64,000 bases of DNA from Octopus sinensis (GCF_006345805.1 NC_043004.1:41974001-42038000), one strand, 5' to 3'; shown: positions 11,945 through 25,176, counted from the stretch's first letter. Notes: generated from the sequence alone by a model not told the origin. Numbers and translations: made by a program.

Positions 11945-12003
11945 GATAAAACTCTGAGTTCAGATGCCGAAGTGGAAATCCACAACACCATCTCTTCGGT
12001 ATC
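11945..12003 (-). ncRNA. Hammerhead-like motif of PLE-2 (two 1-nt deletions)
   Basis: Reverse complement of 14197-14257 with GATAA>GATA and GAAAC>GAAC. Confidence 0.4.
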
Positions 12004-12195
12004 TGGCTATTTGAAAACGTTATGAAAAAATACCGTTAAAAATGAAGGGAAATTACTCTGTATGACTCTGCTTTGCCTGCGTACTTATACATCGCTCGCA
12101 TTTTTCGTCATAAAAATTATATAAAAATACATAAAAAATATAAAAATATATAAAAATATATAAAATCTTCTTGGGACAAACACAGAAAGCATGTT

Positions 12196-14156
12196 CTATC
12201 CGTTTTCTTTAGGGGACCAAAAACGTAACAGAAATTTAGTCACATGTGGGCACGATCCGAAAAGCTCTGTCCTTGTATTTAGACATGTGGTAGGGTCTAA
12301 GCTGCTTTTCCAGATAAGCCATCTCTCCATGTCGCATAAACCGCACCTTCGCTGCCGTTAGTATAGGGCTTACATCTGGCCAAAATCTTCCATTGTATGT
12401 TATAATCGACACCTTTATCTCTTAAAGACCAAATATGATTGGATAATTGTGTCGCTTTTCTTTTGTTCCAGTGCCTAAAGCTCAAAGTGTGGTTATTGAA
12501 CCTGGCCTTGAAATTACCCTCTGTCAGGCCCACGTATTCTTCGTCGAAACGGTGTCTTTAGTGGTTATAGAGTTTACGGTAGCTTCATATATGATGGTCT
12601 TGGACATGCAGCTCCATTTAGCGGGCACAATTCTTTATTCCTGCATGAACAGCTGTTTTCCTCTTGTGTTTTTTGTATGTTATGATTGATTATGTTTTTA
12701 AAATTGGTAGTTGAACTAAAACTATTTTTTAAATTGTGTCTATTGAAGAGTTCCTATAAGTATGGTTAACTGGAAAATGTCTATCTATCAGTGCTAGGAA
12801 ATATTTACCTATATTGAAGGCCACCTCGGGTGAGTAAGGGGGCGTAAACCAGATGACCTTCCTATTTCTATTATTCCTTTTCCTTACTGTTGGCTGGTGA
12901 TAGGTGTATATTTTATTTTTTCGCTAAAACCACTATCTTTTAAAGCTTTATTATAAACTGGGGCAACGCTATTGAAGATGTCCTCATTAGATGAGAGGCT
13001 AGAAATCCTCTTACTAATTTTTAAACTAAATTTTTGAATACTATAGGGGGATGGCATGAACCTACATTAATATAACTTAGTCTATCATTGGGCTTCCTAT
13101 AAGGCTTATAAATATTATTATTAAGATCTAAGGAAACGTCTAAGAAATTGACAACCGTCAGGTTAGTGTCTATAGTAATACTAAGTCCGAAGTGTTTCAT
13201 TAACTGGATAATATCCTTCCTAAAACGATCTTGTGCTGGTCCATTTGTATTAGCTGTTAAGGCGAGGGCATCATCTTTGTAGATGGCGAAATGTACGTCA
13301 GGGAATGTCTTACCGAAGGTATCTAGGAGAAAGAGTCCAATTAGATCACAGATGCCTGCCCCATCATATGAACCCATGCTCACATCGAAAGCGCCCTCCG
13401 TGTCGGTGTTTTTTACCCACTTTGCATTCTCACTGAAAAGTAATGTCTTTCTAGCATGGAAGATTATATCCTTATCATTGGTACTAATTTCTATGAAGTC
13501 ACTAGCGAAGATTATGGCTTTATCTAGCAGTTCTTTAGAGATAGAGGCATAAAAATCAACAATATCGAATTGTGTAAACCTCGCTTTTTTCTTATTCTTA
13601 ATAGCTTAAACCAGTCTACGACTTCTATACTATTGGACCATTGCACTAGCCTAGTATCGGTCTTAATTTCGTATTTATTTTATCTAAAATTTCTTTGCTA
13701 ATAATCCCTAGTTCTGACTTGGCTGGGTTGATAAGCCTACATTTAGGGTTGGAAAGGAAGTTTTCTTTGTGATCTTTAATAGTAATAAAGGCCTCTTTTT
13801 GGGGGAGGGTTTCTATTTTTTTATCTAATTTAAGTTTAGCGGCGATGACGCTAGCTTCTTTATTAATTTCGTTATATGTCTGTGCCCTAGCCTTAGTATA
13901 ATTATTAATGATGCTGTTGTGTAAGAGTTGTGTGTAATTGCTATTATCTACCAGGTATAAGTTCTTGGTTTTATCCGAAAAAAGTGCTTTTTTCTTGGAG
14001 CTTTTTATATGATTAATATCTTTCTTCAATTTATGTTGGAAATCGTTAAAAGACTTACGAAATTTTATTTTGCTCATGATCTTCAGCAGGTCCGCTTCGA
14101 AATCTTCCAAGCCTTTAATCCTAGGAGGGAATTTTTTGGATTTTATCCGATAGAAA
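12196..14156 (-). pseudogene. PLE-2 RT-GIY-YIG polyprotein, disrupted and 5'-truncated
   Basis: KCRLINPAKSELG, FTQFDIVDFYASI, SMGSYDGAGICDLIG, AIYKDD, CSCRNKELCPL, YVGLTEGNFKARFNNH, CLNTRTELFGSCPH; stop at 12196-12198. Confidence 0.9.
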
Positions 14157-14196
14157 ATTTTTAACGGTATTTTTTCATAACGTTTTCAAATAGCCA

Positions 14197-14257
14197 GATA
14201 ACCGAAGAGATGGTGTTGTGGATTTCCACTTCGGCATCTGAAACTCAGAGTTTTATC
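14197..14257 (+). ncRNA. Hammerhead-like motif, U4C variant (PLE-2 inverted pLTR)
   Basis: GATAA-CCGAAGA-GATG...CATC-T-GAAAC-TCAGA-GTT-TTATC: 5-bp stem I, palindromic ACTCAGAGT, one extra U before G12. Confidence 0.5.
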
Positions 14258-14356
14258 TTGACTACCGAGTAATGTAACATATTGTATAGATAAATTTCCT
14301 CTATTTACATAATATTGAGGTCTCTTTCTTTCTTTTGTTATCTTACCGTTTTATCA

Positions 14357-14391
<35 letters not shown>

Positions 14392-14745
14392 ATATAATAT
14401 ATATAAAGAAGTTGCAAAGGCACTGCGATGCATTCAGATTTTTTTATTTAAATTTTTTTAAAGACTTAACCGTTTTCACAGATTTCTTAGATTACAAAAG
14501 TTAAGATGGAGAGACACTGTCTTGCTTTTGATTGGATTTCGAAAAATTTCTTTTTATTGAGAGTACATGGCTTAAATTAGTATTTACTTTGTATACGATT
14601 TGATTGGCCGAGGATGATCACATGATTAGGTTTAGAAATTTTTGTAAGTTCCCCGCTATAAATATCATGTGACAATATGTTCGCGCTGTAAGTTAAAGTT
14701 GTTACGGCTGGGTTAGCATGTATAGTGACAGCCTATGCATATATA

Positions 14746-14990
14746 GGACGCATGGCCTGGTGGTTAGAGTGTAGCACCCGTAATTGCCAGATTGTAGTTT
14801 CAATGCTGAGTCCTGGTGGCAAGTTGTGTTCTTGAGCAAAAACACTTCATCTCTGGTTGCTTTGGGATCACTTCGACATCTGACGTGTTGCACACCATGT
14901 ACCTGTTCAGGTGACGTCGATTTGATGGAGAAAGTGAACTAATGTACAACATATACACTTGATTATTATAAACAAGTTATAACGTATACA
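14746..14990 (+). mobile_element. tRNA-derived SINE
   Basis: A-box-like TGGCCTGGTGGTTAGAG, degenerate B box, ttgtgttcttgagcaa body shared with 18640-18780 and 48192-48500. Confidence 0.7.
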
Positions 14991-15701
14991 AAGTGTACAA
15001 CCGGGCGGGAGACAGACACAGAAAGTCCGTAATTTTTCATCAGTTATCAACTAAATCGTATTACTTGGTATCGCCCCATTCATGAAAAGATTGAGAACTT
15101 CCCATAGTGGATTGAGAACTTCCGCAAAAGTTTCGGAGAACATAGGGCCGAGAGGAAGCAAAATACAGAGTGGATATACGAAATTGTGATTTAATTGTGA
15201 TTTAAGATGGTGGACAAGACGAAATAAATATGAAAGAAAAAAGACAAGAATGGTGGGCAACACTTAGAAGGCATCAAGAACCTTCTATTTCTGTCTCCCG
15301 TCTGGTTTTACACTTTGAATACGTTATGTTGTTTGTTTTTTTTTTCATCTCTTAAGTAACGCAACGCACCCCAAACTGTATTAACAGCAAGTTTTTTTTA
15401 TATATCCGAGCGACTCTATTTCTTGCCCTCACACTTTCTCCTTCTCCCTCTCTCTCACCCTCTTACTTGTCGTCTTTCTCTTCTGCCTGCAGCTCTCACA
15501 TGACCCGTGGCCAGCTTTCCTTTCTTTCTGCCCTTTTTTCGCACCGGTCGCAAATTCTTTGTGTCTCACTGCTTTCTATCCTTTAGGATACCTTCTAAGC
15601 ATTACCCAACATTCTTGTTTTTAGCCCTGGAGCTATTTTTGGGTCAGTTCTTATTTATTTCGTTTTTGTCCATCCTCTTAAATCACAGTTATTCATTTTC
15701 G

Positions 15702-15760
<59 letters not shown>

Positions 15761-15762
<2 letters not shown>

Positions 15763-16022
15763 ACTTATAAATAAGGGCAAACGAAAAAATGACTAATGCC
15801 AAATATGCCGAAAATTGGACATATTGTCCATTACCATATAATTTATCACAATACGGACAATATGGTAATGGACAATATGTCCAATTTTCGGCATATTTGG
15901 CATTAGAAATTTTTTCGTTTGTCCTTATTTATAAGTTGTTTATAATTTTAACCTTTAAAGGTATTTTTTAATATGCTGGCCATTGATAAAATTTTTTCGA
16001 AAAACATTTTATCCTACATTAA
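15761..16022 (+). mobile_element. pLTR-like fold-back repeat in (TA)n, no HHR seen
   Basis: Arms 15761-15838 and about 15860-15938 plus an 83-nt tail ending CCTACATTA(TA)n; homologous to 27919-28117. Confidence 0.55.
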
Positions 16023-16025
16023 ATA

Positions 16026-16068
<43 letters not shown>

Positions 16069-16174
16069 CTATACATATAGGGAAAATTCACAAAAGAAAC
16101 AAAAGACGAAGACAGGTGGTGTAGACAACAAACAGATGTATTAGTATAACGCTTGGTAGTGAAAAAGTATTTAA

Positions 16175-16245
<71 letters not shown>

Positions 16246-16641
16246 ATAATAATAATAATAATGATAAATGCACTGATGCAGTACCAGGCAGTGGCTCCCG
16301 TGGTTTCTGATCTTAACTGATTGGAAGTATTATCACATACGTAATTTATCTTATATAAAAGATGGGCTACAGCAAATATTCTGCTCAATACCACAGATTT
16401 TCTTGTCAGTTGTTTGACTTTAACCAGTTGAGCATGTCCCTTAGTGGCTGACGATATATGCATCTCTGATCACGAGCAGAAGTAGTGGGGGAGCATCATA
16501 GCCATGTGTTGAGAGGAATTCTTTGGGGTTTAAATAATTCACATCTGGAAACATGTGTATTTCGTACAACATCCTTAAACAACACTTATTTTACCCCAGA
16601 GTCACATGGATAGCATGGACTGCTCTCTCAATCAATCAATC

Positions 16642-16672
<31 letters not shown>

Positions 16673-16711
16673 GTAACAACAACAACAATAAAAACAACAA
16701 TAATAATGATA

Positions 16712-16926
16712 AACTTTCCGACTCTAGGTACAAGGCCTGAAATTTTGGTGGAGGGGGCCAGTCGATTAGATCGACCCCAGTACGCAACTGGTACTTAATT
16801 GATCGACCCCGAAACGATGAAAAGCAAAGTCGACTCCCGCGGAGTTTGAACTCAGAACGTAAAGAAAGACGAAATACCATTAAGCATTTATCCCGGCGTT
16901 TCTAACGTTTCTGCCATCTCACCACC
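16712..16926 (-). mobile_element. CORE-type tRNA SINE
   Basis: Minus-strand head TGGCAGAAACGTTAG..GAGTTCAAACTCC followed by CORE-like tttcggggtcgat..aagtaccagt. Confidence 0.7.
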
Positions 16927-16929
16927 TTG

Positions 16930-17118
16930 TAATAATAATAATAATAATAATAATATTAATATAATAATAATAATAATAATTCAAATTTTCTTCCGTTTCT
17001 CGCCTAGGTGTATGGAAAACACTCGGCGAGAAACGGAAGAAAATTTGAAGAAAGAAGGAAAAAACATAATAATAATAATGATAATAATAATAATAATAAC
17101 AACAACAACAATAACAAC

Positions 17119-17155
<37 letters not shown>

Positions 17156-17990
17156 GGAAGAAGAGGAAGAAGAATGATGACAATGATAATGATGATCAAA
17201 ACAACAACCACAACAATAACGCTAATAATAATAATAATAATAATAATAACAACAACAACAATAATATCGATGATAAAAATAGGAATGACGAGGGTGATTA
17301 TGATGATGATGGCGATGAAGATTGTAATAGTCGATTAGACATACGATTCTTACAATGGTGCATTGAAAAGATTTAATATGACTGACCAAATTTAATTATT
17401 ATCGGAACAATACAACCGCACGCAGCAAAAACATCGGGATCACGATCATGCAGGTCAAGATGCTGAAAATAGTGATGACTATGATGATGATGTTGGTATT
17501 ATTGATCATGGTGCTGGTGTGACGACGGCGACGACGCGATGATTATGAAGACCACGACAACGATGATGATGATGATGATATTGGTGATGATGATATTGAT
17601 GATGATGATATTGGTGATGATGATATTGGGGATGATGATATTGATGATGATGAGGCGGAGGAGGACGGAGACTGTAATACTGCTGGTGAATATAATGACG
17701 ATGAGTCACCACGACCACCACAAAGCGACGACGACGATGGTAGTAACGATGATGATGTTGATGATGTTGATGATGATGATGATGACGACGACGATGATGA
17801 GATGATGACGACGATGGCATCAATCATAATGATGACGACGATGATGATGATGATGATTGGTTGATGATAATGATGATGGAGTGATGATAACGCCGCCGCC
17901 ATCGACGATGATAGTAACTATATTGATGATGATGATGATGATGATGACGACAAGGAGGACGATGACGACGACGACGACAACGATGATGGT
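16930..17990. repeat. Compound trinucleotide microsatellite (AAT/AAC/GAT/GAC)
   Basis: Directly visible; explains the poly-N/I/M/D ORFs. Confidence 0.95.
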
Positions 17991-17999
17991 GGTGATCTC

Positions 18000-18403
18000 T
18001 TTTATTCTTTTACTTGTTACAGTCATTTGATTGTGGCCATGCTGGAGCACTGCCTTTAGTCGAGCAAATCGACCCCAGCACTTATTCTTTGTAAGCCTAT
18101 TCCTCATTCAATCGGCCTCTTTTGCCGAACCGCTAAGTTACGGGGACGTAAACATACCAGCATCGGTTTTCAAGCGATGTTGGAGGGGGACAAACTCAGA
18201 CACACAAACACACACACACACACACACGCATATATATATACGTATATATGACGTGCTTCTTTCAGTTTCCGCCTACCAAATCCACTCACGAGACTTTGAT
18301 CAGCCCGAGGCTATAGAAGACACTTGCTCAAAGTACTAGGCAGTGAACCCGGAACCGTGTGGCTGGTAAGCAAGCTACTTACCACACAGCCACTCCTACG
18401 CCT
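18000..18403 (-). mobile_element. tRNA-derived SINE with an internal (CA/TA)n tract
   Basis: Head GAGTGGCTGTGTGGTAAG..GGTTC; same family as 24634, 27171, 29203, 55595 and 60139. Confidence 0.85.
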
Positions 18404-18639
18404 ATGATGATGATGATGATGATGATGGTACTCATGTTACAACAGTTTTAACCCTAAAATTTGTGCAATAGGATTTAAATCTCATGTTTTGTTTTGTGTA
18501 CCATGTAACTTCAAAACTCCACGGTATTAATATTCCATACATTAGATTTACAGCCAATCTTTTCAAATTTAGAACCTAAGAGATTTCTCAAACTTTCATC
18601 AACCAGAACTGAATTGATCGATAGTGCTTCATAGTCTGA

Positions 18640-18780
18640 GAAAGACGGTTCTCCAATTTCTTGCTGAGCAATGTGAGATGAAGTGTTTTGCTCAAGAACT
18701 CAATGCACCTCCCGATACAGGAATTGAAACCACGATCCCGCGATCGTGAGTGCAACACTTTAACCACTAAGCCATGCACT
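18640..18780 (-). mobile_element. tRNA-derived SINE head
   Basis: TGGCTTAGTGGTTAAAG..GGTTTCAATTCC on the minus strand. Confidence 0.7.
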
Positions 18781-20303
18781 CTCTACCAAAATTGAATAAT
18801 TGACAACATTTTCTAGGTATATATTTTGGCATCTAATCAGTAGTTGGTGCACATTTCCATATTATGCAATTCGTATATATTTTATTGTTACTACTACTTT
18901 CACTTCTATATCTCAAGTAATTTTTATTTCATGTTTCACTAAATTAATTAAATTTCTTCTTTCTCTATTCAACCTGTGCGTTATACATTTTTAACCTTAC
19001 ATTTTCTAAACTATTTATTTCACTTGCCTATTAACGTGAATATACATTCACCATCATAATATACTTCTGCATAATATTTCTGGAAAATTGACAATTTAAT
19101 CTTATTTTATTCTATTATATTTTTCATGCGAATTAAGCTTTAAACATTTGAATTGTCAAGTAACGGGTGCATGCAGCGTGAGTGTGCCGAATAATGCAGC
19201 TTTAATAATGTAGCAGCAACACTAGATTATGTTGCAGCAAAAGATATACTATCATCCATACGTACATACGAAACCAGTCTATAAAGTAAAACTGTTTTTC
19301 TTTTAGCGCGTAATATATCAATGAATATGAATTCGTATGCACCACTTTGTAATATTCATTTATTGCTTATAAAAGCGATTCCCTGATCATTATTTATCAA
19401 GTGGAGAAGTTTATTTATTGTAAAGTTTCAGCACAATGATTTAAATCATCATCTTCAACTTGGAAAGAATTATTTGTATGACATTGGGTAGCACATCGAA
19501 GTCTTATAAATATTAAAAGTTAGTCATTGTACGCAAACTGATTGTCAATTGCACAATAGGACAATTAATGCAAATTCTGTAACTGTTTCACGTGTTAAAT
19601 TTTCATATCTTCTGCAATAAATGCAAATTTCAAAACAATGTCTTATTTAATAAATATAATTTTCATTTTGGTACACTGAGAACAAAATATGCTGTACAAC
19701 TTGAATGCTCTTAAAAGCATTCAAAACTCTAGTACATTAAAAATACCTTTTTAGAATTTTACCAAAATCTAGCTAGGATTTCTTTTAGAGATTGCTTCTC
19801 TTCTCGACCATTTCCTAAAAAGATTCATTAACTGGCACGCTCGCCTAAAATTTTCACAAGAAACATTGTTACCAGCACATGTTTTATGTAAAAGCAATAA
19901 CTTCTAATAAAATAGGTTAGCCTATGAAGGGGGACGAACACATATTCTGCCAATAGCTTCTGGCATCGTTCTATGTTGTCTCTTTCTTGTCTGTCATGAT
20001 TTAGACATATTATGCCAAGTGTAATATTATAGAAAATCACATAAAAGTTTTCCTAGCTTAGGGAAACTCTTCATTTTTTATGTGCAAGTTTCGGATAAAA
20101 CCTGATAATTTATTAGCTGGGTTAATATATTGGCAGATTTTCAACGGCAGAAAATTTTTGCTGAATTAGAAAGTGAAAAAATCTTCAAAACGCATCACAT
20201 GTCCCAGTATATAAGAAACTTCTAAAATTTAAAATGTTATCATTCTGATTTTTCTCTACCAATATCAAGACACACACAATATTTTCTACACAGTGAAATT
20301 GGA

Positions 20304-20338
<35 letters not shown>

Positions 20339-20367
20339 CACACACACACACACACCACACACACACC

Positions 20368-20435
<68 letters not shown>

Positions 20436-20870
20436 GCACGCACGCACATCAGACGAGTCACTTAATTATTAACTTTGAAATGAGATATAATCAGAGTAAG
20501 TTCAGTTGAATATAAAGTGTTTAAGCACTTATATTATAGAAGGAAATAGCAGTGTCTCGGCGACGAGAGAGGGTATGGAGTTTAAGATCTAGTGCACAAA
20601 TATTAGGGCTAATGTTGCTGCAACTCTAAATGATGTGGTTAGATATCTGATCGATATATAAAATATCGATTCAGCATTAGTTTCGACTGTTCTCATTCTG
20701 AATTTCTCTTTATGTTTTTCTCACGCAAACTATGCTGTGTCGGGGTCGCCTGGGCTTATCTACAACTTCCTTAACAGTATTAGAAACTCACTAGGTACCA
20801 GATAATGTTTGACATCAGTATTCCACAAAAAGGAGAATATGAGAATTAAAAAGCAGGAATGATACAATCG

Positions 20871-21046
20871 GTAGAAAGAAAATGACTTTGATAAAGGGAA
20901 GCAACCTCAATGATGAGTGATGTTGCCAGTAAATAAATATGAACTTTCCAATCCTCATATAAACTTAAATCAACACGACGATGATTAGAAGACTCAAACA
21001 TCATTGAGGTTGGTTCTCTTTATTAAAGTCATCATTTTCTTTCTAC
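20871..21046. repeat. Isolated inverted repeat: 45/48-nt arms, 83-nt spacer
   Basis: 20871-20915 is the reverse complement of 20999-21046 with 3 substitutions and one 3-nt indel. Confidence 0.85.
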
Positions 21047-21263
21047 GGGTATTTATACCCTGAAAATCTCTAATATCTTGAAAGCTATGGTACCGATTTA
21101 CGCGAAACTTGTTACAATCGATTTGTATTAATATTTCAGGGTAATCTTAATTCATGATATTTTCTCATTATGTTCCAGTTTCTCTGATTAACATTACAAG
21201 CAAGCAAGCAAAATTGAAACTGATTTTTAATGTATTACAAATATATATATATATATATATATA

Positions 21264-23804
21264 CAAGGCGTCGTCAACCTACGACCACAATTGGTTCCGA
21301 CTGATTGGCCGTAAGTCGGCCCATAGGGTTTGTTTTATATTCTTACATTCTTAAGGTACATTCTCAGGTAAATGTCACACACTGCATTCTGAATTATATT
21401 ACAACAGTATTGTTTGGTCATAGAAAAGTACCAAATAATACAAATACAAGAAATACACAAAGTAGTGTAAGTAACAGTTGCAAAATTTACATTAGAAAAT
21501 CATTGTAGACTGGAGCTTGGTTGTGGATCTTCGATGTTGTTTGCTGAGGCAACAGTTGTAGTTGTTGTTTGTTCCTTCTCGAGCCACGCCTGGCTCATAA
21601 GGGCCGGTTCCCCGGTTTCTTGGTGTATAGGTTCCCCACCTGGACGGGACGCCGGTCCGTCGCAGGTGAGCTGCAAGATGCAGGAGGAAAGAGTGAGAGA
21701 AAGTTGCGGCGAAAGAATCAGCAGAAGTTTCGCCATCACCTTCTGCCGGAGCCGCGTGGTGCTTAGGTGTTTTCGCTCATAAACACACACATCGCCCGGT
21801 CTGAGATTCGAACCGGTGATCCCTCGACCGCCGGTTCGCTACTCTAACCACTAGGCCATGTGCCTCCACACGACAGTTGTAGTAGCCAGAGTTTTTTTTT
21901 TTAATAAACACGGTAAGCTTTGTCTGAATTTTTTGCTTCTTTTCCTCTTCATAATTTTCGCGATACAGACGAAATACATCATGTGCCTTTCATTTAATCC
22001 TTGCATATCGTTCGATGTTTGGGTCCATTGCTTCAAAGTGTGCAAGAAGTTTATTGAGCTGAAATAAACCTTCTGATAATCCTTTTGTAGTGAAACTCAT
22101 TTCTGACATCTCTTCTTTCTCCACTTTCCTCCTTTCTATCTCCACGCGTTCTTTTTCCAATTCAATAAGGTCTTCATTTGCAAGTTCTTCGGATTCTTGG
22201 TCTAGCAAATCTTCGATATCTTCCACTTCACACTCCAAAGAAAAGTCTTTAGGCAATTTTACTATATTCCCGCGAATCCTTTCAAGTTCATGTTCATTGT
22301 TAAATCCATACAGAGTGCCAACAAAGCGTTTTTCAACACAATTTTTCCAGACGCCTTTCATGCATTTCTTCGTCAAAGTCTCCTAAGCGGTAGCGATAGT
22401 CTTGATACATGACAGAATATTGTACTTTTTCCAAAGTTTTCGCACTGATAGTTCTTGGACGGCGGCTATGACTTGAGCGAAACTGGTTCGAAGATAGTTA
22501 GCCTTCAGTGTAGCAATCGAACCCTGATCCATTGGCTGGATGACTGGAGTCGTGTTCAACAGAAAAAACACCACTTTCACGTCGGGATGAAGATCCGATA
22601 GATGAGATGGATGTCCAGGCGCATTATCCAGAAGCAATAAAATCTTGAAAGGAATTCTCTCCAAACAATATCCACAAACTTGAGGAATAAAACCAGTCTT
22701 CAAGCAGTCTTCGTGTCGTCTATGCGTGAGGCTGGGAACGAAAGTAAACGGGTAATGTGTGCTTATCTACACTCATGAACGCACGCTGGTTTTACGAGTG
22801 ATAAATTAAGAAAGGCTTCAGCTTAAACCCTGCGATGTTCCCACCAAGCAGTAGAGTCAGCTTGTCGTTAAACGCTTTAAACCCAGGCATGCGTTAGGCT
22901 TCTTTGTTGATGTATGTGCGTGCTGGCATGCGTTTCCCAAACACCCCAGTTTCCTCCACATCAAAAATCTGCGCTTCTAAATAGCCTTCATCCGTAATTA
23001 TTTCGTTCAAATAGCATACAAACTTACCAGCTGCTTCCTCGTTTCACTCACCGCTTCTCCAGTCACTCGAACATTATGAAATTGGAATCGTTCTTTTGAA
23101 CCAGCCAGTAATTGTATTCTTCTCCGGAACGGTCCTTTAGAGTTTGAAATAGACTTCTGACCTTCGATTGTACAGTAAAAAACCTTAATGGTGTCCGTTT
23201 TTTGGATCTTATCTTCAATCCAAATTTGTAGCAATTTTTCTATTTTGTGGATGTGCCCAGTCCGCTGCTTTTTTATAACTGTAGATCGCATGGGTGCTTA
23301 ACATTTTTTCAGCTTCACGAATCCTTTCTTTATCATTCAAAGTTGGCGAAACAGTAGAGTGTGATAACTTCAGTTCACATGCGATAATCATTCGCTTCCT
23401 TTCCTGCTCCGTGTTCACTCATCACCATAATTTTTGTGTCGCGGTCGATGACTTTTCTTTGCTTCTTGGCAGTTTGAGGAGCTTATGAAGACAATTTCTT
23501 CCTTTTAGACGTTCTAGGAGATATCCTTTGAAAAAATATCAAAAACAAGAAACGCAGGATCGCCGGAGGAGTCGCGCTCTATCGAGCCTGGAGTTAGTCA
23601 ACAATTTTGGAGTCACAAGCAGTCGTCTAATAAACAAATACGAGGTTGTCTCGATGTCTCCGCGACAGGATATTCATCCAACACTTGGGATAACCACGGC
23701 AACGATCGATAACCAAACCTAGGGTAAGCGTTTCTTAGCTGACGCCCATCGTCGTAAAGTCGACCGGTCGTAAGTCGGACAGGTCGTAAGTCGACGACGA
23801 ACTG
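21264..23804 (-). mobile_element. Tigger/pogo-family DNA transposon, decayed
   Basis: CENP-B-type HTH (IEKLLQIWIED) and DDE_1 (LLLLDNAPGHP, IQPMDQG) fragments; imperfect TIRs tcgtc(a/g)ac(c/t)tacgacc; TA flanks. Confidence 0.85.
21563..21872 (-). mobile_element. Young tRNA SINE nested in the Tigger element
   Basis: A/B boxes TGGCCTAGTGGTTAGAG and GGTTCGAATCTC; CpG-rich; 11-bp target-site duplication ACAGTTGTAGT at 21552-21562 and 21873-21883. Confidence 0.85.
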
Positions 23805-23859
23805 TATATACCTATATACATCGTCTGTGAGAAAAACAACACCAAGACGCGGTTCACTC

Positions 23860-24420
23860 TGCCAGAAATTTGGAAACAACATGCTATACTGCTTGGCATT
23901 CGCACCGGAAACTCAAATACGAACATTTCAGTGTTTGGATATGAATCTGAAGACAGTGCAATCTAAGGACATGTGTTAAACATTCAGTCAACATCATGGT
24001 GTATAGTGTGATCACTTGTGATGACGTTAAGCCTCCATTCATCTTCCCACACCGCTTCACACTCAACACAGAGGACTACATTTAGTGCCTGGAGGAGGCA
24101 ATGCTGCCCTGGGTCGAGAGGGCAGCCGCTGGAAGACATTATGTTTGGCATCAAGACTCTGAAGTATGTCACACAAGCAGGAGAATCCAGTCATGGCTGT
24201 CAGGTAATTTCTGCGACCACATCACTATAAACAACTGGCCACATAACTCCTCAGACTGCAATCACCTTGATTATTAGGTGTGAGGTGCATTTGAGCGAGG
24301 GACCAATAAAACTCGTTGTAACAGCAAGGATGAACTGAAGGCAAGAATTATGGCAGCATTCACCAACTTAAACAAGGATAACCAGCCAGAAGAGTTGCAG
24401 GAGATTCCGAAATAATTACG
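23860..24420 (+). mobile_element. maT/DD37D-type Tc1-mariner remnant, internally deleted
   Basis: Hand translation gives YVWHQDS...WPHNSSDCNHLDY with 37 residues between the second and third D; in-frame stops. Confidence 0.75.
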
Positions 24421-24582
24421 GATGAAGGCTATTTAGCAGCGCAGATTTAGTCTTTAGTATTTCAAGATGATTTTATGTAATTTTGGTAAAAATATCTGTT
24501 AAAATGAGATGAACGTATCATTTTCATTTTTGCGTGATTTAGACGACAGTTTATTCACCGCACTGTGTGTGTGTGTGTGTGT

Positions 24583-24624
<42 letters not shown>

Positions 24625-24633
24625 CGTGCGTAT

Positions 24634-24777
24634 GCGTGGGGGTGGCTGTGTGGTAAGAAGCTTTTCCAGGTTCAGTCCTACCTTTTGGCACCTTGAACTA
24701 GTGTCTCTTACTATAGCCTCGGGCCGACTAAGCCCTTGTGAGTGGATTTGGTACGTAGAAACTGAAAGAAGCCCGTC

Positions 24778-24834
<57 letters not shown>

Positions 24835-25106
24835 AGCTATTACTTTTTACTGGTTTCAGCCCAGGGCTGAGGTCTTGCTGATATGTATAGGTATGTAATT
24901 GTGTGTCTGTGTTTGTGCCCCCGCCATTGCTTGACAACCGATGTTGACATGTTTACGACCCGTTACTTACCGGTTCGGCAAAAGAGACAATAGAATAAGT
25001 ACTAGGCTTACAAAGAGTAAGTCCTGGGGTAGATTTGTTCGACAGAAGGCGCTGCTCCAGCATGACCGCACTCAAATGACTGAAACAAGTCAAAGAATGA
25101 ATAAAA

Positions 25107-25110
<4 letters not shown>
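24634..25110 (+). mobile_element. tRNA SINE with an internal (TA)n tract
   Basis: Same family as 18000-18403. Confidence 0.85.

Positions 25111-25176
<66 letters not shown>

Larger units (their letters stand above)
11914..14355 (-). mobile_element. PLE-2: 5'-truncated Penelope-like element with an inverted pLTR
   Basis: RT/EN frames; 130-bp inverted repeats at 11914-12043 and 14157-14288; (TA)n flanks. Confidence 0.9.

Noticed and set aside
12060-12115. Minus-strand ATGACGA...CAAAGC...GTC hammerhead-like string
   Set aside because: Core positions 3 and 12 are wrong and stem I does not close.
5731-14156. Selenocysteine recoding as in Naiad PLEs
   Set aside because: The breaks examined are mainly frameshifts, the endonuclease is C-terminal, and no SECIS was identified.
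15030-15050. CTGATGA on the minus strand
   Set aside because: No stem II or GAAA downstream.
15865-15920. TGGACAA...GAAA as a U3-A8 hammerhead
   Set aside because: GAAA is absent from the sister arm and from the 27919 copy.
17008-18107. Poly-N/D/H/I/M ORFs
   Set aside because: Translations of trinucleotide microsatellites.
19921-20025. Hydrophobic frame AYEGGRTHILPIASGIVLCCLFLV
   Set aside because: Weak acceptor, no donor, no recognised homology.
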